A stretch of DNA of 64,000 nucleotides, taken from contig JACKGP010000003.1 of the NCBI GenBank assembly GCA_020631935.1, positions 13,949-77,948 on the forward strand, in the 5' to 3' direction. The notes beneath the pieces are model-generated. The model had not been told where the DNA came from. It did not search any database and saw nothing but the letters and a program-made list of their open reading frames with translations. Made by a program: the position numbers and the translations under genes. Each line of letters begins with the position of its first letter. Positions within the stretch are counted from its first letter, which is position 1. Source of the stretch: Candidatus Nomurabacteria bacterium (GTDB lineage: Bacteria > Patescibacteriota > Saccharimonadia > Saccharimonadales > Saccharimonadaceae). Positions 17,443 through 25,120 of this stretch are shown piece after piece.

Positions 17443-17904
17443 TATACATGTCGGAACGAGTACCATTATTTGTGAACGCAGCAATATAAAATCAGGATTA
17501 TAGTCTTGATGAAAAGCCCTATAAAGCTACCGGAATAATAGCAGCGCGCGCCCTGAACTATTTGTCGGGAAATGATCAAAATGTGCACACCTGGAATACA
17601 GTAGGTGCCTTTAACGATAGCGCAGACACTACGGCGGAAGAGCGCCTAGCCGCGAAGTACAGTTCGGATTTTATACGGTGGCCGCATTGATATTCATCGC
17701 CTACGCGCGCATTGTACTTAACCGTGGCCGAGGATATTATCTAGGCGCATGTGTGAATGCATTGCTTGTCGAACACCTCAAGAACGTATAGCTGATACAG
17801 TTGATATATATTCAATTAAGTGTTAATATAGTGCACAAGACAGGCGACCCGCTTCGCCTTTGTGGATGGCCATCCCAAAAACTCTCGAGAGAAACGAGGA
17901 CAAA

Positions 17905-18153
17905 ATGGCCTGGTTGGATGGCAAGGAAGCCAAGGTGGAGCGCTCCGGCGGTACCATCAACGTCTACTACGGAGGATCCTTCTACCCCGATGGCCACGGC
18001 CACGGGCACGTGAAGGCCACCGGCGGCCCGCTCGGCGAGAACATCGTCTACTGGCGCCTGCCGGCGAACGAGGGCGGCCAGGTGATCGTCGACAACTCGT
18101 GGAACACCAAGAACGGCAACGACCTCCGTGACCACATGACCGGCTTCTACTGA
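17905..18153 (+). CDS. hypothetical 82-aa protein encoded in a foreign high-GC segment
   Basis: ATG preceded by GAGGA. Third codon positions are almost all G/C and the gene ends in TGA. The product MAWLDGKEAKVERSGGTINVYYGG...PDGHGHGHVKATGG... contains an HGHGH run. An upstream in-frame ATG at 17860 is possible. Confidence 0.55.
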   Translation: MAWLDGKEAKVERSGGTINVYYGGSFYPDGHGHGHVKATGGPLGENIVYWRLPANEGGQVIVDNSWNTKNGNDLRDHMTGFY

Positions 18154-18212
18154 GCCACCCGACCTGGACATGTCTTGAAACTGTCCGCTTTTAATTTGGT
18201 AAAATAGTAACA

Positions 18213-18605
18213 ATGAACGAAATATCTAAAGCAGTATATGACGCATTCCCTCAGCTTGTCTGCGCTGAGTTTCTTCGAAGCATGTCGCCACTTGTACCCC
18301 TGAAGCCAGATACTGTATTCAATATCTTCCTTACTGAAGATCAACACTTTCTAACTCTCGTTGCAACGGATTATGCCGATCCTAAGGCTCAAAGCAGCGA
18401 GCTAAAGAGTATCTCGGGAGAATACGAATTTGAATTCACTAATCTTCTTTCAACTAGCGGTAGCGACAAAACAATCGAGATTCTTGATCACGATGATATG
18501 AATGGTGACTTTTATATAAGTATGCCGTACAAAAACCACCGACTGTATTACTATGTCGCGAACACGAGCTCCGCTTTTGGTAAGATGCCAAAAGCGTCTG
18601 TGTAG
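18213..18605 (+). CDS. hypothetical protein
   Basis: 130-aa ORF in local low-GC composition. The ATG lies 7 nt after TGgTAAAAT. No recognisable motif. Confidence 0.45.
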   Translation: MNEISKAVYDAFPQLVCAEFLRSMSPLVPLKPDTVFNIFLTEDQHFLTLVATDYADPKAQSSELKSISGEYEFEFTNLLSTSGSDKTIEILDHDDMNGDFYISMPYKNHRLYYYVANTSSAFGKMPKASV

Positions 18606-18621
18606 CTTGTAGTCTTCGTTA

Positions 18622-19050
18622 TTAAAGCCGATCGATAACATCGAGTAACTGATCGGGGTCTTTGGTGAGATCGATCATAAAGAAATTATCTTGAGCTTCG
18701 TGCTTTTCAAGTTCGTCTAATTCCTCCGGCCACAAATCATCATCTACCCACATGAATGGTTGCGAGAAGTCGATACCCTCTGTCTTGAGATCTTTCCAAA
18801 CAGTCGGTTTTACTTTATCTAGTAGTGCAACTGTTTCGGGTTTGAGATGTGGCGCGAGTACCTCTTTGGCACGATTCTCCTCGTTCCAGTTATGGGTTGT
18901 TAGCCAATAGGTTGATTCAGGATACTTCTCTTTAATTACCTCAAGAGTCTTTGTGATGATGATATCCTAGAACCGATGGAGGTAAGCAAGGACGATACTA
19001 CACTTAACGGTTTCGATATTAGCAACAAAGTCTATCGTGTTTAAATGTTC
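18622..19050 (-). pseudogene. HAD-like (HAD_SAK-type) protein remnant with in-frame TAG and no start codon
   Basis: The translation reads ...LAYLHRF*DIIITKTLEVIKEKYPESTYWLTTHNWNEENRAKEVLAPHL...SQPFMWVDDDLWPEEL..., with the TAG at 18967-18969. The open frame begins right after the stop of the upstream S66 peptidase gene. Confidence 0.45.
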
Positions 19051-20142
19051 CTAATTAGAAAATAATGGTGAGGTAATAAAAAGCTTTTTCTTTGCGAGGT
19101 CTATTTCAGTTTCTGCATCATACGGCAGTATACAGTGTGGGTACGAGTGTCCATAGTTTACGTTGTAGAGTACAGGTAGATCGTGGCGATTGGCAACCTC
19201 CTGCCAAATATCTTTGTACTCTTCGTAGTAGACGTTGTCTTGGGGCTTACCAATAATAATACTTCTTAGACTGCCGAAGCTAATGTATTTACCTAGATAA
19301 TCAATCATGTACTGCATCCTGTCTGGAGCCGACAGGGCCTCGCTAGATTCTAAGAATAGTATCTTGTCGTTCCAGTCACGCCATTCAGGAAATATACCGT
19401 ACTTATTTATAATACTCGGCTGCTGCTTGTATCTTTCACCGGCCATCATCTCATACAAGCTTTCGATACAGCCTCCAAGCAACTTACCCTGTACCGACTG
19501 TCTGGCTGTTTGTCCTTGCAGTGTTTCGAAGCCAGTAGCTTCGTTAACCTTATCTCTGCTCGTACCTATCTGATCTTCCGAGTATTTGGTTCTCTTTTTA
19601 TACCAAGTAGGGCTAGACTCTATCTCTAGTCCGCTCTTGTCATTAAAGAACATATCTTGAAAGCAAGCTTTTGTATGAGACAGCATATTATTATCAAGCT
19701 CGCCGAAATCTGATAAGAAATCTACACCATAGAATGTCGGCATACCTATTTTGTAAAACATTAAGTGGTTATTGGTAGTATCAGAAAAACCAAGAAAAAT
19801 CTTCGGTCTTGTTTTGACAGCGTGAATAAACTCCTCGTCTTCCATCAGATAAGGAATTGTCTTGAAGGTGTCGTCACCTCCAGTAGCTACAATGATAGCT
19901 TTAATACTATCATCAAGCATTGCTTGCTTGAGATCGTCTGCTCGAGCTTCTGGGTGAGCGGACAAGTATTTCATACCCCGGAGAGAATTATCCATGTATT
20001 GCACATTCAATCCGAAGACGTCTAGTAGCCTTTTCTCGGCTATTTCTAACTGATGCTTAGCAAACTCTTCACCCAAGACACCAGAAGAAAGGCTAACGAC
20101 GGCAACGGTGTCACCACGAAGAAGTTTGACTGGTTTATTCAT
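19051..20142 (-). CDS. S66 family LD-carboxypeptidase / MccF-like serine peptidase
   Basis: GDTVAVVSLSSG N-terminus and the FLGFSDTTN nucleophile motif. Start set at MNKPVKLL, 7 nt after TACAAT. The ORF track extends it to 20178. Confidence 0.75.
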   Translation of the reverse strand: MNKPVKLLRGDTVAVVSLSSGVLGEEFAKHQLEIAEKRLLDVFGLNVQYMDNSLRGMKYLSAHPEARADDLKQAMLDDSIKAIIVATGGDDTFKTIPYLMEDEEFIHAVKTRPKIFLGFSDTTNNHLMFYKIGMPTFYGVDFLSDFGELDNNMLSHTKACFQDMFFNDKSGLEIESSPTWYKKRTKYSEDQIGTSRDKVNEATGFETLQGQTARQSVQGKLLGGCIESLYEMMAGERYKQQPSIINKYGIFPEWRDWNDKILFLESSEALSAPDRMQYMIDYLGKYISFGSLRSIIIGKPQDNVYYEEYKDIWQEVANRHDLPVLYNVNYGHSYPHCILPYDAETEIDLAKKKLFITSPLFSN

Positions 20143-20283
20143 AGCATCTATTGTAAGCAAGTAATTGCTTAGCTGCAACTGCAGTTACTAGAATCGGCAC
20201 CCTCCAACTGCCTGCCGTACTGTGCGGTGCGGCATGTATATTTCGTCTGAAATGGGTTCGAATGTAGCAGCATAGCTTCTTTT

Positions 20284-20323
20284 AACATAAATGATACACC
20301 TTTGACGGTGTATCATTTATGTT
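20284..20323. other. perfect 17-bp inverted repeat (hairpin)
   Basis: AACATAAATGATACACC, loop tttgac, GGTGTATCATTTATGTT. Confidence 0.8.
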
Positions 20324-20465
20324 GGTCGGGGTACTAGGAAATCGGCAGCAAGCTGTCTCCTCCGCTCACTCGCAAAAGAAAATACCTGATCAGGGGCATT
20401 AGGAGTACTAAGGTATGTCTGCGTCGCGCTCAGAAAAGTAAACTTTTCTGCCCTGCTCCTTGCTA

Positions 20466-20511
20466 TCGAACCTAGATCTTGCGCCAGCAAGCTGTCGCGA
20501 TCTAGGTTCGA
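20466..20511. other. long near-perfect hairpin (~21 bp)
   Basis: TCGAACCTAGATC...GATCTAGGTTCGA is a 13-bp perfect stem. It extends inward through GCG and CAGC/GCTG pairs to an AA loop. Confidence 0.75.
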
Positions 20512-20535
20512 CTCCGAGCAACTCCGAAGATATAG

Positions 20536-20565
20536 AAAAACGGTAACCAGATGGTTACCGTTTTT
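20536..20565 (-). terminator. intrinsic terminator after tRNA-Trp (bidirectional hairpin)
   Basis: AAAAACGGTAACC, loop agat, GGTTACCGTTTTT, 3 nt downstream of the tRNA 3' end. Confidence 0.8.
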
Positions 20566-20568
20566 CTA

Positions 20569-20644
20569 TGGCAGGGGTAGCAGGACTCGAACCTACGACA
20601 CCTGGTTTTGGAGACCAGTGCTCTACCAACTGAGCTATACCCCT
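20569..20644 (-). tRNA. trnW: tRNA-Trp (anticodon CCA), CCA end encoded
   Basis: The reverse complement AGGGGTATAGCTCAGTTGGTAGAGCACTGGTCTCCAAAACCAGGTGTCGTAGGTTCGAGTCCTGCTACCCCTGCCA folds as a 76-nt cloverleaf with anticodon loop CUCCAAA. Confidence 0.9.
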
Positions 20645-20776
20645 ATAAATGCCTTAAGTTATTGTAGCATATTCTGCTTAAAAAGCGACATTGGGCTTAA
20701 AGCTTGTAAAACATGAGCGTAATTGATTATAATTACAGCAGAATAAACGTCAACGATAGAAAACACAAGGGGTGGA

Positions 20777-21964
20777 ATGAAACTATTGATGCTCGGCTGG
20801 GAATTGCCTCCACATAATAGTGGCGGCCTTGGTGTTGCGTGCTATCACATGGCAAAAGCGCTGGCAGCAAAAGGTACTGATATTGATTTCGTAGTTCCCT
20901 ATAGTGCTGGGCATAAAGAAATTGATTTCATGACAATTCATTCAACGTCTAGGCGGATTCCTGGCGGCAAGTACAGCCTTGGTGCATATGATCATATGTC
21001 TATCGATGGAATGCGCAAAGCTCAAAAGCAGTATGTTCGACATGTAGAAAAGATAATACAGGCTAATCCTAAAAAACATGAAGTTATTCACGCACACGAC
21101 TGGCTGACTGTTGAGGCTGGTATACGCGCCAAGGAATTGACAGGCGCTCCTCTGATCGTTCATATTCATGCTACCGAATTTGACAGAGCTGGTGGCACGC
21201 GCGGCAATCCGCTCGTACACGAGATTGAGGAACAGGGGCTATTGATGGCTGACAAGATTATTGCGGTAAGTAACATTACTAAGTGGATGATTGTTAAGCG
21301 TTATCAGATTCCAGCAAACAAGATTGAGGTAGTTCACAATGCTATAGATGTATCTTCCATGCCAGAGGTAAACCAGGATATTGAAACCTATCGCTATCTG
21401 AGATGGCTACAGGATGATGGCTACACTGTCGTCTCGGCGGTAACACGATTTACTATCCAAAAGGGTCTATTGCAGCTACTGCGCGGATTCGCAAAAGCCA
21501 CTACGCGCTACGACAAACTTGTCCTCTTATTGGTTGGCGACGGCGAACAGCGAGACGAGTTAATTAGAGCTAGTGCAGAGCTAGAGATTGCCGATAAAGT
21601 GTTCTTTACTGGCTTCGTTCGCGGCAGAAAATGGCGAGATGCCTACGGCTTGTCTGATGTATTCGTAATGAGCTCTATTTCTGAGCCGTTTGGACTAACG
21701 GCACTCGAGGCCGCCCACCACAGTAATGCCTTGATTATCTCAAAGCAGTCTGGCGTTGGTGAGGTTTTAGCAAATATATTACGATACGATTTTTGGGATG
21801 AGAGAAAGCTTGCCGATCAAATAGTCGCAGTTGCTTCATCGTCTGCCCTTAGAGACGAGCTGCGTAATAATATCGGCCGAGAGTATGCGCGCCTGAACTG
21901 GCGAGACGTAGCACAGAGCTGTATTCAGCTGTACGACGGGCTAAGAAGAGGGGTTGCAGCATAA
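20777..21964 (+). CDS. GT4-type glycosyltransferase, glycogen/alpha-glucan synthase-like
   Basis: 395 aa. The N-terminal LGWELPPHNSGGLGVA and the C-terminal GT-B fold motif (SISEPFGLTALEA) match. Confidence 0.7.
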   Translation: MKLLMLGWELPPHNSGGLGVACYHMAKALAAKGTDIDFVVPYSAGHKEIDFMTIHSTSRRIPGGKYSLGAYDHMSIDGMRKAQKQYVRHVEKIIQANPKKHEVIHAHDWLTVEAGIRAKELTGAPLIVHIHATEFDRAGGTRGNPLVHEIEEQGLLMADKIIAVSNITKWMIVKRYQIPANKIEVVHNAIDVSSMPEVNQDIETYRYLRWLQDDGYTVVSAVTRFTIQKGLLQLLRGFAKATTRYDKLVLLLVGDGEQRDELIRASAELEIADKVFFTGFVRGRKWRDAYGLSDVFVMSSISEPFGLTALEAAHHSNALIISKQSGVGEVLANILRYDFWDERKLADQIVAVASSSALRDELRNNIGREYARLNWRDVAQSCIQLYDGLRRGVAA

Positions 21965-23178
21965 TGAGCCAGCGTGGCATCGTATTTTACTTACACGTTC
22001 ATCAGCCATGGAGACTTCGAGATTATTCGGTTTTTGACATTGCTAGCGACCATCACTATTTTGCCAATGACCATTTAGATGGCAGCAATGAGGCAGTTAT
22101 GCAAAAGGTAGCTCAAAAATCCTACCGTCCGATGAACGCACTGCTAAAGAAGTTACTTGATAAACATCCTGATTTTAAAGTGTCGTTATCGATAACCGGT
22201 ACGTTTATAGAGCAGGCACAGCAATGGGCGCCAGACGTGATCGAGTCCTTCAAAGAGCTGGTAGATACTGGTCGTGTTGAAATTGTCGGCGAGACATACT
22301 ATCACTCACTGGCATTTTTCTACAGTCGAGATGAGTTTGAGCACCAAGTAGAAAAACACGCTAAGTTAATTCACGACGTTTTTGGCGTGACTCCGACTTC
22401 TTTTAGAAATACCGAGCTAGCATATAACGACGAGCTGGGTAAATGGGCTGAGTCAGCTGGCTACAAAGCAGTTCTTGCTGAAGGGTGGGATTCTGTATTG
22501 GGATGGCGCAGCCCTAACTATCCGTATAGGCCAGCTGGAACTAAAGCTACCTCCCTGCTACTAAAAAACTACAGATTAAGTGATGATATAGCCTTTCGTT
22601 TCTCAAATAAAGGCTGGAGCGAGTGGCCGCTAAAGTCTGAAACTTACGACGCTTGGGCAAACGAGGCCACTAGTGACGCGCCACTTCTAAATCTATTTAT
22701 GGATTATGAGACGTTTGGTGAACACCAATGGAGCGACACAGGAGTATTTGAGTTCTTCGAGGAGTTTATTGGCCGCTGGCATGAGCGCGAAGGCAATACA
22801 TTCTATACAGTTACAGAGGCTGCGGCAGCACTAGAGCCTGTAGACGAGGTCAGTATGCCTGAAACTGTTACTTGGGCTGATAGTGAACGTGATTTGACTG
22901 CCTGGCTTGGAAATTCTATGCAGCGTGAAGCTATGTCATATTTGTATGCATTGGAATCCAGAGTTATGCATTCTGGCGACGAGCAGTTGATTTATGACTG
23001 GAGAAGATTAACCACTTCTGATCACGCATACTATATGTGTACAAAATGGTTTAATGACGGCGACGTACATGCTTACTTTAGCCCATACGATTCACCGTAC
23101 GATGCGTTTATATATTTCCTAAATGCGATTCGTGATCTGCGCTATCGCACTATGATTCACGGGGTATTTGATGGCTAG
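21964..23178 (+). CDS. glycoside hydrolase family 57 protein
   Basis: 404 aa with the FYLHVHQPWRL N-terminal signature of GH57 and a later MDYETFGEH motif. The ATG overlaps the upstream stop (TAATG). Confidence 0.75.
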   Translation: MSQRGIVFYLHVHQPWRLRDYSVFDIASDHHYFANDHLDGSNEAVMQKVAQKSYRPMNALLKKLLDKHPDFKVSLSITGTFIEQAQQWAPDVIESFKELVDTGRVEIVGETYYHSLAFFYSRDEFEHQVEKHAKLIHDVFGVTPTSFRNTELAYNDELGKWAESAGYKAVLAEGWDSVLGWRSPNYPYRPAGTKATSLLLKNYRLSDDIAFRFSNKGWSEWPLKSETYDAWANEATSDAPLLNLFMDYETFGEHQWSDTGVFEFFEEFIGRWHEREGNTFYTVTEAAAALEPVDEVSMPETVTWADSERDLTAWLGNSMQREAMSYLYALESRVMHSGDEQLIYDWRRLTTSDHAYYMCTKWFNDGDVHAYFSPYDSPYDAFIYFLNAIRDLRYRTMIHGVFDG

Positions 23179-25120
23179 ACCGCACATACTGGCAAATGGC
23201 CGCATGCTAATCGGTATAAACCGTAACGGCCAGGTGCATGACGTCTATTATCCGTATATTGGTCTAGAAAATCATTCGCTTGGCAAAGGCCTGCGGCATA
23301 TGGTTGGCGTATGGGTCGATGGTCGAATATCTTGGCTGCGCAATGGCGGCGAGTGGCATATAGAATTTATGACAAGTGAGCATAGTCTACACGGTTATAC
23401 GCGCGCAGAAAATTCAGGCCTGGGGATAGTCCTAACTTTTGATGACGCAGTAGATTCAGACATAGACGTATTCTATCGCAGTATAACCATAGCGAATACG
23501 CGCGATGATGTTCGGGATGTTCATTTATTTATGCATCAGGCATTCAAAATTGGCGATGGACGCAGCAACACCGACACTGTTCAGTACCTACCAGATAACG
23601 ATGCAATTTTACACTATCGAGGGCCTAGGGCGTTTGTTATAGGTGGCGAAACTGATAACGGTACGCCATTTGACCAGCATTCTGTCGGACTATTTGGCAT
23701 AGAGGGTCGTGAAGGAACTTGGCGTGATGCCGATGATGGTAATCTGGAAAATGGCTCCGTGGAGCATGGTATGGTTGATTCTACTATACGGTTCCGGGTG
23801 GAGATGGACGGTCGAAGCGCTCAACATGTTTATTACTGGATGGCGGCAGGGACGACACTTCGAGAAGCCTTGACGGCTCATAAGACAGTCAAAGAGCAAG
23901 GCGTTCCTTCTAGGATGCGCTCAACGGCACAGTGGTGGAGAAAGTGGCTGGAGCCAGCTAGTCAGCAGCTCGAAAATATACCAAAAGCCTATCGTCCGCT
24001 ATATATGCGCAGCCTGATGATCATAAAAGCTCACACAGATCGCGAAGGTGCTATTATTGCTAGCTCGGACAGCGCGATGCTTAATTATTCTCGAGATGCC
24101 TACGCCTACTGTTGGCCACGGGATGCGGCACACGTTTTGTGGCCGCTAATGCGACTTGGTTATCGTGAAGAAATAGAAAACTTCCTAGCATTTGCTAAGA
24201 AATCAATTCATCCAAATGGCTACTTGATGCATAAGTACCGCGCTGACGGCGCACTTGGAAGTAGCTGGCATCCATATGAACACGGAGACCGAACTGCCCC
24301 GCCGATTCAAGAAGACGAAACTGCACTGACTTTATTCCTGTTTTGCGAGTACTATCACATAAATCCTTCACAAGATTTACTGGATAAATACTATAGTTCA
24401 TTTGCACGTCCAATGGCTAATTTCTTAGCTCGTTACGTAGATCCAACCACTGGTCTGCCTAAGCCAACCTACGATCTATGGGAGGAGCGATTTATGGTGT
24501 CTACGTACACCACCGCCCTAGTGATAGCCGCACTTTATTCCGCTGCTGAATTGGCCGACAGTACGGGACATGTAGATGATGCCGTGAAATGGCGATCTGT
24601 GGCTAGCGATATGCACATTAAGGCGCAGCAGAAGCTGTACAATGAAGAAAAAGGCTACATAATAAATGGGCTAACTCCTCACGATGGTGACAAATACACA
24701 GAGGACACGACTCTAAATATGGCATCAATTTACGGTTCCTTTATGTTCGGCCTCTTTAATGCTTCTGGAAAAGAGATAACCAATAGCCTAAAAGAAGCAA
24801 ATAAGCGTTTCATGGCATCACGCGATCGACCTGGTGTGCCGCGCTATGAAAACGACAACTATCACCGCATAGGTATTCAGCCGCCTAACTGGTGGTTTGT
24901 AACTACGCTATGGACGGCTCAGCATTCTCTAGAAATCGGAGACCAAGAAAAGGCGGAGGAGGTTATGAATTGGGTTACTCGACATGCTAGTGAAAGCCTA
25001 ACACTCTCTGAGCAAATTTCACCTAGCGACGGCAGCCATCTTTCTGTAGATCCGCTAGTTTGGAGCCACGCCGAATACGTCTCTACCCTGCTTGACCTAA
25101 TTGGAAATAAAAAGAAATGA
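23168..25120 (+). CDS. GH15 glucoamylase-like glycoside hydrolase
   Basis: 650 aa with YCWPRDAA, WEERF and the (alpha/alpha)6-barrel motifs typical of GH15. It overlaps the upstream gene by 11 nt. Confidence 0.75.
   Translation: MMARPHILANGRMLIGINRNGQVHDVYYPYIGLENHSLGKGLRHMVGVWVDGRISWLRNGGEWHIEFMTSEHSLHGYTRAENSGLGIVLTFDDAVDSDIDVFYRSITIANTRDDVRDVHLFMHQAFKIGDGRSNTDTVQYLPDNDAILHYRGPRAFVIGGETDNGTPFDQHSVGLFGIEGREGTWRDADDGNLENGSVEHGMVDSTIRFRVEMDGRSAQHVYYWMAAGTTLREALTAHKTVKEQGVPSRMRSTAQWWRKWLEPASQQLENIPKAYRPLYMRSLMIIKAHTDREGAIIASSDSAMLNYSRDAYAYCWPRDAAHVLWPLMRLGYREEIENFLAFAKKSIHPNGYLMHKYRADGALGSSWHPYEHGDRTAPPIQEDETALTLFLFCEYYHINPSQDLLDKYYSSFARPMANFLARYVDPTTGLPKPTYDLWEERFMVSTYTTALVIAALYSAAELADSTGHVDDAVKWRSVASDMHIKAQQKLYNEEKGYIINGLTPHDGDKYTEDTTLNMASIYGSFMFGLFNASGKEITNSLKEANKRFMASRDRPGVPRYENDNYHRIGIQPPNWWFVTTLWTAQHSLEIGDQEKAEEVMNWVTRHASESLTLSEQISPSDGSHLSVDPLVWSHAEYVSTLLDLIGNKKK

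Noticed and set aside
17812-18213. A 133-aa minus-strand ORF and an 89-aa plus-strand ORF (17862-18131) in the high-GC segment.
   Set aside because: These are stop-poor alternative frames typical of high-GC DNA. Only the 17905-18153 frame shows strong G/C at third codon positions and has an SD.
20326-20526. Possible tmRNA or tRNA-like gene. The ends TCGGGGT and ACTCCGA could pair as an acceptor stem, and a GGTTCGACTCC T-loop-like motif is present.
   Set aside because: It is too short (about 200 nt) for tmRNA. It has no plausible tag reading frame, no CCA or proper T-stem adjacent to the acceptor strand, and no D-arm or anticodon architecture. The GGTTCGA motif is simply part of a palindromic hairpin present on both strands. 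It is kept only as an unexplained structured region.
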